A DNA stretch of 32,000 bases, from assembly GCA_021650915.1 (NCBI GenBank), contig CP091279.1, positions 2,730,001 through 2,762,000 of the forward strand. Reading direction: 5' to 3'. Source of the DNA: Candidatus Brocadia sp. GTDB lineage: Bacteria; Planctomycetota; Brocadiia; Brocadiales; Brocadiaceae. Below, piece after piece: positions 7,421-15,334 of the stretch. The notes below the pieces were generated by a model. That model saw nothing but the letters and a program-made list of their open reading frames with translations. It was not told the origin of the DNA and ran no database searches. The position numbers and the translations under genes were made by a program. Within the stretch, counting starts at the first letter, position 1. Each line of letters starts with the position of its first letter.

Positions 7421-8365
7421 TTGCTTGAGCCCGTTAAGGTGCCTTCTGACCCCCTGCATCTGTTTGTGGGGGAAAAGGCGCGCATCGTCCTCCATAATTC
7501 GGGGATGCATTATGCCGAGGAGCATTCGGGCATCAATCATGTTGCCCATACGATCCATTTCCACGGGCTGGATTTGGCCCCTGCGGTAGATGGCGTGCCT
7601 TCCTTGCCGGTAGATCCGGTGCTTGAGCATAAATCATTTACCTACGAACTCACGCCGCAATATGAGGGTTCGTTCATGGCGCATTGTCACGTGGACAGCT
7701 TCAATCATATTTTGGCAGGTATGTATTTCCCCCTTATTGTCCACCATGACAGGACAAAAACAGCTTATGGGTATAAATACGACCGGGATTATACCTTGTT
7801 TGTCAGTGAATTGTCCTCCACCGCAAATGAGCAATTGCAGGAATCAGGGGTTGTTCATGGATTGCAGGATTGGAAGGCGGACTACTTTCTGATCAATGGA
7901 AGAACGTATACCGACAATCTCTTTCATCCGCGTTCGGTAATAAATGATCCGCGTTCGAGGATTGTCTGTTATGAGGACGAAGTGGTTCTCTTGCGGTTCA
8001 TGGCTATTGGCGCGGACCACGTCTTTGCATTCCATCCGCATGGGTATCATATGGAAGTTATTGCGCTGGACGGACGAAAATTAAAGAGCACCTATGAGAA
8101 AGACACCCTGTGCATTGCAAGCGGAGAGAGGATTGATGTATTGGTAAGAATTCCCCATTTCGCCAGTCAAAGGAAATGCTTGTCATGCAATCTTGGAGCG
8201 GGGATATCGATTATGCATGATCACAACCTTCGGGGTATGGTCTCTACCGGTAAATATCCGATGGGCGCACTGACGATCTTCGATGTAAAATCGAAAGCCA
8301 AGCCGGTAAAACCGGATGAGCCGCTCATCAAGGAGGGCAAACCGTATAATCCCTTAGAGCACTGA
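7421..8365 (+). CDS. multicopper oxidase, main part (two cupredoxin domains); the frame is open from 7382 and has no convincing start of its own
   Basis: It has four HxH copper motifs: HTIHFHG, AHCHVDSFNHILAGM, FHPHG and MHDHNLRGM. VPSDPLHLFVGEKARIVLHN matches the 'PGP..v.eGd.v.v.l.N' strand that normally follows the sequence encoded by 7080-7397, so the two ORFs are one gene split by a -1 frame change. Confidence 0.8.
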   Translation: MLEPVKVPSDPLHLFVGEKARIVLHNSGMHYAEEHSGINHVAHTIHFHGLDLAPAVDGVPSLPVDPVLEHKSFTYELTPQYEGSFMAHCHVDSFNHILAGMYFPLIVHHDRTKTAYGYKYDRDYTLFVSELSSTANEQLQESGVVHGLQDWKADYFLINGRTYTDNLFHPRSVINDPRSRIVCYEDEVVLLRFMAIGADHVFAFHPHGYHMEVIALDGRKLKSTYEKDTLCIASGERIDVLVRIPHFASQRKCLSCNLGAGISIMHDHNLRGMVSTGKYPMGALTIFDVKSKAKPVKPDEPLIKEGKPYNPLEH

Positions 8366-8389
8366 TTGCATCCCGGTAAAACCTCAAAA

Positions 8390-8427
8390 ACCTCCCGTAA
8401 GGTAAAATATCCTGCGGGAGGTTTTTT
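8390..8427 (+). terminator. rho-independent terminator of the multicopper oxidase gene
   Basis: ACCTCCCG-loop-CGGGAGGT stem followed by TTTTTT (8422-8427), about 25 nt after the stop codon. Confidence 0.7.
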
Positions 8428-8474
8428 CGCTCGTGTAATTTTCAATGGGTACAATGAATTCTAAATCTCCGGTT

Positions 8475-8501
8475 GTAGAGCGACGAGGCTCGTCGCTCTA
8501 C
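8475..8501. repeat. REP-like palindrome GTAGAGCGACGAGGCTCGTCGCTCTAC
   Basis: A perfect 27-nt palindrome between convergent genes. A second copy, truncated by the window end, starts at 31983 (GTAGAGCGACGAGCCTCG). Confidence 0.7.
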
Positions 8502-8538
8502 ATTAAGGAAGTGGTTGCGAACCAAACTGCGGCAAAAT

Positions 8539-9303
8539 CTATTTTCTCAAAAGGGGCACAAACCGGACGGGAATAACGGATTCTTTTACGACCTTTGACG
8601 ACGCATCCTTGGTAATCAGCATGAGGTCCTGCACTGCATAAACTCCACCCACCGGAATAACCATGCGGCCGCCGGGTTTCAACTGATCAATCAGGGGCTG
8701 CGGAATATGCTCGGCAGCCGCCGTAACGATAATGGCATCAAAGGGTGCATGCTCAGGCCATCCTTTGTAGCCGTCCCCAATCATGACTTCTACATTGTTA
8801 TAACCCAGGGTTTTTAAACGATTGCGGGCTTCTTTTCCCAATTCTTCCACAAGCTCGATCGTATAGACCTGCTTTACCAGCCTGGCAAGGACAGCGGCCT
8901 GATATCCGGAACCGGTGCCCACTTCGAGCACAACGCTGCCGGCTTGCGTCTGTAATAATTCCGTCATAAAGGCAACGATATACGGCTGGGAAATAGTCTG
9001 ACCAAAACCGACAGGAACGGGTTGATCATAATAACTGGAAAAACGGGTTTCTTCGGGGATGAAGAGGTGGCGAGGCACAAATTCCATGGCCTCCAGCACC
9101 CTTGTATCCTTTACTCCCCGGCAAGCAATCTGTTCTTCCACCATGCGCTTGCGCTGGCGGGTAAAGGCGTCCTCATCCATCACAGACTTTGCATCACCCA
9201 TGGCTGAAACCTTGTTTTTATTACCGAAAAACATGAATATGAAAGAGCTTATCAGCACAAGAACCGCACCTGAGATAATACGCATCCGATTGCCGATTTT
9301 CAC
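8539..9303 (-). CDS. pcm: protein-L-isoaspartate O-methyltransferase with an N-terminal membrane or signal segment
   Basis: GQTISQPYIVAFMTELL and VLEVGTGSGYQAAVLARL (SAM motif I). I place the start at GTG 9303 (AGGAAAGGA upstream) or ATG 9285. The ORF-track start at 9408 would overlap selD by 40 nt and adds non-homologous sequence. Confidence 0.85.
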   Translation of the reverse strand: MKIGNRMRIISGAVLVLISSFIFMFFGNKNKVSAMGDAKSVMDEDAFTRQRKRMVEEQIACRGVKDTRVLEAMEFVPRHLFIPEETRFSSYYDQPVPVGFGQTISQPYIVAFMTELLQTQAGSVVLEVGTGSGYQAAVLARLVKQVYTIELVEELGKEARNRLKTLGYNNVEVMIGDGYKGWPEHAPFDAIIVTAAAEHIPQPLIDQLKPGGRMVIPVGGVYAVQDLMLITKDASSKVVKESVIPVRFVPLLRK

Positions 9304-9368
9304 GAATTCCTTTCCTCTCCAGCATCTGATTGTTTCCTGTCCTGGATTTCCGGTATCGTCGCAACGAT

Positions 9369-10427
9369 TCATGGTAAAACGACGATGGAAACATCCCTTC
9401 TTTCCCATACTTCACCAACAATACCAACCGTCATGACACCCTTCTCCTGAAGCTTTTTGCAGAGCGTCTCCGCCTTTTCTCGCTGGAGCGAGATAAGCAG
9501 ACCGCCAGAAGTCTGCGCATCGAACAGGACGTCAATCAACTCTTCCCGCACCGCGGAGTCTATCCGGATGTCATTTTTCAAATATTTTTTACTGAGTTTT
9601 GATACCCCCGGTATCAATCCCATCCTGACATAGCGTTCACAACCATCGAATATGGGTATGCGTTCAGCAGAAAAGGATAAGGTTGCCCTGCTTGCTTCTG
9701 CCATTTCAAAGGCATGCCCCATGAGGCCAAATCCGGTAATGTCGGTGCATGAATTGGCGCCCACTTCCAGCATCGTTTCCGAGGACGTCTTGTTCAATAA
9801 CGTCATGCTTCTGGTAACAACGCTGACATCTTCGTCAAAAACCTTGTTGGCCTTGATGGCCGCGATGATGAGCCCTGTGCCAAGTGGTTTGGTCAGCACG
9901 AGCGCATCACCAGGTCTGGCGCCTGCATTCGTCACGATCTTCCCGGGATGAATAATCCCGGTGACAGATAACCCATATTTGATCTCGTTGTCTTGCAGGG
10001 TGTGACCGCCAACCACGGTTGCGCCTGCCTCATTGATCTTATCCGCACCCCCCTTGAGTATTTCTACGAGCACATCCTTATCCAGTGATTTCAAGGGATA
10101 GCAGAGTATGTTCATTGCCGTCAGGGGCTTGCCGCCCATGGCATAAACGTCACTCAATGCATTGGCAGCGGCAATTTGTCCGTAGTCATACGGATTGTTT
10201 ACCACCGGCGTAAAAAAATCAAGGGTTCCCACGAGCGCCAGATCGTCGTTTATTTTATAAATGCCGGCGTCAGCAAAGGTCTTGGGGCCAACCAATACCC
10301 GGTCATTGGGATATTCGGGTAAATGCCTGACGATGTACGCCATGTCTTCGACGGGGATCTTGCCTGCTCACCCGCCGCAGGTGGCGTAATCGACCAATCG
10401 TTTCTTTTCCAGAACCACAGGTATCAC
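9369..10427 (-). CDS. selD: selenide, water dikinase SelD, selenocysteine-containing form (in-frame UGA at 10370..10368)
   Basis: The body has typical SelD motifs (DFFTPVVNNPYDYGQIAAANALSDVYAMGG, GGHTLQDNEIKYG). Upstream of the track's ATG (10343) the frame continues as VIPVVLEKKRLVDYATCGG-UGA-AGKIPVEDMAYIV. This is the conserved glycine-rich N-terminal loop with Sec/Cys immediately before xGK. The start is provisionally GTG 10427. Confidence 0.85.
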
Positions 10428-10444
10428 CCCCTTTCATGAATGTG

Positions 10445-10570
10445 GTAGGGGCGAAGCATTTGCATAATCAATTATGAATGCATTCATTCTCTGACCGGCA
10501 AATGCTTCGCCCCTACGCCGTGCAACGAATATCGTTATTGTTGGAATTTTTTCAAAAACTAAATTGATAC
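10445..10570. repeat. MITE/REP-like element (copy C; left outer arm missing)
   Basis: A perfect 19-20-nt stem GTAGGGGCGAAGCATTTGC (10445-) pairs with GCAAATGCTTCGCCCCTAC (-10516), identical to copy A, but the loop is unrelated. The shared tail follows: GCCGTGCAACGAATATCGTTATTGTTGGAATTTTTTCAAAAACTAAATTGATAC. Confidence 0.7.
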
Positions 10571-10577
10571 CTATTTT

Positions 10578-11075
10578 TTACTGAAACCATGAGGTGGATT
10601 CCTCTTTGGGGTTGAATTTGGCGTGACACTCGTCGCAGCTGTTTACCACCTTGAAAAAGGCAGCCGTGGCCTTGTCTTTGTTCTTTTCCTGGCTGGCGCT
10701 AATCAACTCCAAGGCGCTCATATGAAACCTCACATCCAGATTGATAAACTCAACCGGCAGGTCTTTTTTGTTGGCTCCGGTGAATGCCACCGGGCTTGCC
10801 TCTTTGAGTTTTTTCGTGTCCTTTTTAATAGCCTCCCAGTCCTGCTGATGAATGGATGTCGACAGATGTTTCAAAAGCACTTTGATATCTTTCATGTGCA
10901 CGATGAAGCCCTCTTCGTTCTTGATAAAACCAAGCTCCTCATGGTGTTTCGTCTCTGCTTGCCCTTTTTCTGAAGAAGCGGGTTTTTTCTCTAAAACTTC
11001 CGTTTCGTTTTTACCGCAACCAAACAGACCGATCATGAATAAAAGTGGTATAATAAATTTTTTCATGGAAAGCAC
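10578..11075 (-). CDS. lipoprotein with a single C-terminal heme-c site (class II, cytochrome c'/c556-like four-helix type)
   Basis: The signal plus lipobox is MKKFIIPLLFMIGLFG/C. The only CxxCH is CDECH, 16 residues from the C-terminus, as in class II c-type cytochromes. The predicted helical body is rich in K/E. Confidence 0.6.
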   Translation of the reverse strand: MLSMKKFIIPLLFMIGLFGCGKNETEVLEKKPASSEKGQAETKHHEELGFIKNEEGFIVHMKDIKVLLKHLSTSIHQQDWEAIKKDTKKLKEASPVAFTGANKKDLPVEFINLDVRFHMSALELISASQEKNKDKATAAFFKVVNSCDECHAKFNPKEESTSWFQ

Positions 11076-11173
11076 CCAAGCCTCGTAAATAAAAATATGA
11101 AAATTTGCTACGATCTCCTTATTTGCATACTAAATACTTTTCCTCTAAAAATCAATAGAAATGAGTATCTTTG

Positions 11174-12355
11174 TCACCGTATCCCCAGTAATTCTCCCGT
11201 CTTTTCAAAACGTTCCGTCGCCCATGTAAGGTCATCTCTGTTGTGTGTAGCTGAAAGCATTACCCGGATGCGTGCCCTGCCTATGGGAACGGTAGGATAA
11301 CCGATAGCCTGAGCAAAGATACCCTCCTCAAATAATCTTTGGCTAAAATCCTGAGCGATCTTTACCTCCCCTATGAAAACCGGGGTAATCGGCGTCTTCG
11401 TGTTGCCAAGATGAAACCCCGCAGCCTTCATCTTTTCCTGAAAGAATGCCGTATTGTCCCAGAGTCGTTTCACCAGCGAATCCGAAGCGGTCAGGATGTC
11501 CACCCCTGCAATGCAGGCAGCTACGCCAGCCGCAGGAACGGCGCTCGAAAAGAGGAAGGGACGACCTCTTTGCGCCAGATAATCCGTCAGCCTCTTACTT
11601 CCTGCAACGTACCCCCCCACCACACCAAATGCCTTTGACAGAGTGCCCACCTCGACATCAACTTTTCCATGCAGGTTAAAATGGTCAACGATACCCCTGC
11701 CTCCCCTTCCCAACACCCCTTCACCATGTGCATCATCCACCATGGTAATAGCCCCAAATTTTTCGGCAATCTCCACGATTTCCGGCAATGGCGCAATGTC
11801 CCCCTCCATGCTGAAGACACCATCGGTGATAATGAGCATTCGGCATGCCCCTTTTTCGTCCGAAATCTTTGCCTGAAGGTCGGCAGGATTGCAGTGCTCA
11901 TAGCGTATAATCTTTGCCCTGGAAAGACGGCATCCGTCGATAATACTGGCGTGATTGAGTTCATCCGAAAGGACAACGTCCCCTTCGCCGACGATTGCAG
12001 GAATAACTGCCAGATTTGCGCAGAACCCGGACTGAAAGGTAATGGCGCTTTCTGCCCCTTTAAAGAGCGCCAGTTTCCGTTCCAGTTCCTTGTGGAGAGC
12101 CGTTGTTCCGGCAATCGTCCTCACCGCTGCAGGTCCCACGCCATACTCCTCAATTGCCTTTTGAGCGGCGGACTTTAGCTGAGGGTTATTGGCAAAACCC
12201 AGGTAATTGTTTGAACAGAGATTGAATACCTTCTTTCCATCCACCGTAATCCAAGAGCCCTGAGGTCCTTCAATGGTGCGGATGTTGATCAACAGCCCGG
12301 CATCTTTCAGTTTTTCTAATGCTTCTGTGACAAAATCTAGTTTGTTCATACTCAA
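11174..12355 (-). CDS. kbl: glycine C-acetyltransferase (2-amino-3-ketobutyrate CoA ligase); alpha-oxoamine synthase family
   Basis: 393 aa that aligns along its full length, from memory, with Kbl of E. coli and B. subtilis ([61 protein letters not shown]-lysine GTLSKAFG). A BioF assignment cannot be fully excluded. Confidence 0.8.
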   Translation of the reverse strand: MSMNKLDFVTEALEKLKDAGLLINIRTIEGPQGSWITVDGKKVFNLCSNNYLGFANNPQLKSAAQKAIEEYGVGPAAVRTIAGTTALHKELERKLALFKGAESAITFQSGFCANLAVIPAIVGEGDVVLSDELNHASIIDGCRLSRAKIIRYEHCNPADLQAKISDEKGACRMLIITDGVFSMEGDIAPLPEIVEIAEKFGAITMVDDAHGEGVLGRGGRGIVDHFNLHGKVDVEVGTLSKAFGVVGGYVAGSKRLTDYLAQRGRPFLFSSAVPAAGVAACIAGVDILTASDSLVKRLWDNTAFFQEKMKAAGFHLGNTKTPITPVFIGEVKIAQDFSQRLFEEGIFAQAIGYPTVPIGRARIRVMLSATHNRDDLTWATERFEKTGELLGIR

Positions 12356-12612
12356 CGAAATTTACTCGTGGTTGTACAAAAAAATATGTTGTTGCGAAAA
12401 AGTATGCACTTTTATTTACGTTATATTGCTTTAAAGAAGTCAATTAATGAGTGCCTTAGTTTTTCTGTTAAATCCTTCAGATGATAACAAAGTAGAGAAA
12501 ATTGTTCCCACTTCAAATTAAAACCGTAGATATGCCTGAAAAGATGGCGAAAACTTTTGTGAGTCTTTGCAGATTTTCCAACTCTATTTCTATGTCTTTT
12601 GTCAAACTTTCC

Positions 12613-13041
12613 TTATCCGTAGACAAGTTCCCCTTCCTTTAGTGCCTTCTCTTTTAAGCTTTCAAAGGCATCTTCAAATGGAATAAGATTGATTTCAACC
12701 CCTGCCGGCATGAGATACCAAAGTTCTGTTAATGTTTTTATATAAAGATCGGGTGGTAATCCATCAACAACCAGGTCAATATCTGATTTTTTATGGATAG
12801 TGCCTTTTACTACAGAACCTAACCCGAACGAGTCGGAACAGGTGGTAGCGCAGGCATCCAGCCTGCGTGTTAATTGAATTTAAAAGCAGGCAGGATGCCT
12901 GCGCTACACAATATTTTTGCTAAAAGGGTCAAAATAGTTTCTGTAAGATACTATAAGGAAAATTTTTTTGACATGATATTTTTCTTTAAGCAATTCAATA
13001 CATTTATCCGTCAGCAATCTTAATTCTTCTCTTTTATTCAT
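12613..13041 (-). pseudogene. MNT-type nucleotidyltransferase (antitoxin-like) gene split by a REP-like insertion
   Basis: The N-terminal piece has an AAGGAGG SD and the ATG at 13041: MNKREELRLLTDKCIELLKEKYHVKKIFL.., running into a stop at 12904. The C-terminal piece (12840..12613) reads ..FGLGSVVKGTIHKKSDIDLVVDGLPP..IPFEDAFESLKEKALKEGELVYG* (the GS...SDIDL NTase signature) and has no start. The hairpin element 12845-12907 lies between them. A 30-codon ORF starting at TTG 12605 (TKDIEIELENLQRLTKVF..) may be the remnant of a HEPN/substrate-binding partner. Confidence 0.55.
12845..12907. repeat. REP-like hairpin GTAGCGCAGGCATCC...GGATGCCTGCGCTAC
   Basis: Perfect 15-nt arms with a 33-nt loop, located inside the disrupted NTase gene. 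Confidence 0.7.
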
Positions 13042-13225
13042 TCGGCTACCTCCTTGACGTTTGATGGTATAAAAGTATTGTCTGTTATACAATGCTTCTC
13101 ATGCAAGCATTTGAATGTTTCTTCAATATTTATCGTATCATTCAGCTTTTTATTCGTTGGATGATCTTCTATAGTTTTTTCATGCGTGTCTTTAATGAAA
13201 ACTTTTCCATTCCCTCATTTGCAGC

Positions 13226-15334
13226 TCATTCTTCATCAAAAATTGAAGTTTTATAGATTATTTTATTCAAAAGTTCATCTACCAAGAGTATTTCCTTAGA
13301 AGTAGGCCTGATACCTTCCTTTAATTTTCTTCTGAGATTGTGAACAGCATTGGTAAAATAATCCGGAATCTCATCATTCTCCTTGCAATATTGGCAAATT
13401 ACTTTCCATTTTTGTGTACTTATATTTTTAATTGTTGCCTCTATTTCCTTAAAATTTGAATTTTCAACTTCTGTATCACTTATCCTGCGCCGAGGTCTTG
13501 TTTCCGGATTAACTAAATCCTCCGGTGATATCGGAATTGGGGTATTCTTAAATTCCTCTTTCATTGTAAACCAACAATCCTGCTTTTTTCCCCACTCTCC
13601 GAACAAAGCACCCGGAGCAGAGTTCTTAATGAAATTTTCAACTAAACGCATTAAATCTCTTAAAGTACTTTGAAGTCCCTCTGATATGGATTGGTTTGTC
13701 CATATTTTATAAAGATCTAATTTATATTCAGTTAAATAACCTAACAAAGAAATTGTATAAGGTACAGTTATGTACCGAAGATCACCTATAGCATTAGGTT
13801 TCACACCATATAACTTTTCTGCTGTCCTGAACAGGATTGCTTTTGAAACAATATCCTCAAAATATATATTGTCAGGCTTATCAATAAGATTGTTATTAAG
13901 GAATTGCGCATAGTTTTTCTGATTGCCCAGAACTACAAGATGAGGACCGATTCTTAATTTATTTCCATCGTAATTCTCCCGGTATGCATTTACATACTTC
14001 GCCAAATCTTCCTTGTTAAACATTTGCTTTTTTGGATTCTTCAAGTCAAAGGCTTTTTGTTTCGCCTTGGTAAAACCCTCTTTAATTCTAGCATTCTTAT
14101 ACTGACCTCTTGCTCTTTCATAGAACCATCTTGTTTGATTAATCTGCCCTGTTACATGTGGTGTAAAAATGGTGCGTGATAATTTTTCCAGTTCAATGTG
14201 ATACGGTATGTTTGAACTCAAATCAGAAACAGACACCTTGTTTTGTGTGTTTGCATATTCTGATATTCTTGAAACAATTTTGCTGAAATCGTTTCTGTTT
14301 TTAACTACGGTCAATTTCACCTGCACAAATACTCCTGAAATATCCGCCTTGTCTTTTTTAAATGTATGATAAATCGATGCTGTTGTCTGCCCTCCGTTCA
14401 CAATCTGAAAATCCTTGACTTTTGAAATAAGATATCCTTTTCCATCTTCTGATTTTGTAATTTCAATCTCTTCGGCAGTCACGGCAATTCCATTGTTGAA
14501 AGCAAGAAACATGTGTGGTTCTTCATTTATGGTTTTTCGCATTCCTTTATTAATCTTGCCAGTAAATTGCAGAAACGAACGAACATTTTGTTCTAACAAG
14601 CGCGAACCATATCTTTCATAAATTGTCGCTAGTGCTGTCCCAGAAATGATAGCAAGATAAGATTGATACTGGTCGTTTTCTGATGGTGAAATAATACAGG
14701 GGATCTCGAAGCCATCTCTTGTAAAATCAATTTCAATCGGAATATGAGATTTTTCTGTAATATTGTAAAGGTACGCAAGGTCAATGACACGAAAGAAAAT
14801 CGGATAACCGGCAATATTTTGATTTTCAGGATATTCACCCTGATACAAGCCATCTGTAAGAATGATTGCATTTACTCTCACCAAATTATCCGTTAAATCT
14901 TCGGATGTGCTTAACATGTGAGCGAAGTCAAATATCTGCGAAGACTCCTCAATTTCATTTACATAATCTTTGCACTTTGCTTTACGGAAAAAGTTTGTAA
15001 TTCTTTTTGCTGCTGTATTTATTTCCTCTTTTGCAAGTCTCGTTGGCTCATCTTTTCCCTTGTAAATGGTTATGAATAAATCAATCGTTTCATAGTTGTC
15101 TGGCTCTGCGTAAGCATTTATCTTATGCTGGTTTTTTGTCCCCAGATGTCCTTCGTCATGTGCCACTCGTGCATTTTCAGTTTCACCTGCATCAGCAAGT
15201 AAGTCAACTGCCGTCTGTGTAAAAATCTGTTCAAGTATTCCGCCTTCTTCCTCGGAAACCTGTGTTGATTTTAAATCTTGAATCAACGATTGATAAAATC
15301 TTTTCAGTTCGGTATTTTCTATTAAATCACTCAT
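13226..15334 (-). CDS. AIPR (abortive-infection phage-resistance) family protein
   Basis: 702 aa. The central FQIVNGGQTTASIYH block is the hallmark N-G-x-Q-T motif of AIPR proteins. It is the last gene of the operon, and its ATG overlaps the upstream stop (ATGA at 15331-15334). Confidence 0.8.
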   Translation of the reverse strand: MSDLIENTELKRFYQSLIQDLKSTQVSEEEGGILEQIFTQTAVDLLADAGETENARVAHDEGHLGTKNQHKINAYAEPDNYETIDLFITIYKGKDEPTRLAKEEINTAAKRITNFFRKAKCKDYVNEIEESSQIFDFAHMLSTSEDLTDNLVRVNAIILTDGLYQGEYPENQNIAGYPIFFRVIDLAYLYNITEKSHIPIEIDFTRDGFEIPCIISPSENDQYQSYLAIISGTALATIYERYGSRLLEQNVRSFLQFTGKINKGMRKTINEEPHMFLAFNNGIAVTAEEIEITKSEDGKGYLISKVKDFQIVNGGQTTASIYHTFKKDKADISGVFVQVKLTVVKNRNDFSKIVSRISEYANTQNKVSVSDLSSNIPYHIELEKLSRTIFTPHVTGQINQTRWFYERARGQYKNARIKEGFTKAKQKAFDLKNPKKQMFNKEDLAKYVNAYRENYDGNKLRIGPHLVVLGNQKNYAQFLNNNLIDKPDNIYFEDIVSKAILFRTAEKLYGVKPNAIGDLRYITVPYTISLLGYLTEYKLDLYKIWTNQSISEGLQSTLRDLMRLVENFIKNSAPGALFGEWGKKQDCWFTMKEEFKNTPIPISPEDLVNPETRPRRRISDTEVENSNFKEIEATIKNISTQKWKVICQYCKENDEIPDYFTNAVHNLRRKLKEGIRPTSKEILLVDELLNKIIYKTSIFDEE

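Noticed and set aside
9304-9408. Long 5' extension of the pcm ORF overlapping the selD 3' end
   Set aside because: The extension (MGKKGCFHRRFTMNRCDDTGNPG..) is Cys/Arg-rich and not Pcm-like. An internal GTG/ATG with an SD precedes the membrane segment.
11097-12178. Plus-strand ORFs of 67-169 aa antisense to kbl
   Set aside because: kbl aligns along its full length with known Kbl proteins. The antisense ORFs are Pro/Arg/Ser-rich shadow frames.
13042-13200. Start-less reading frame (..KVFIKDTHEKTIEDHPTNKKLNDTINIEETFKCLHEKHCITDNTFIPSNVKEVAE*) ending in an ATGA overlap with the NTase start
   Set aside because: The coupling-like overlap is suggestive. However, there is no start codon or SD and I recognise no domain. 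It may be another gene remnant, but I cannot support a call.
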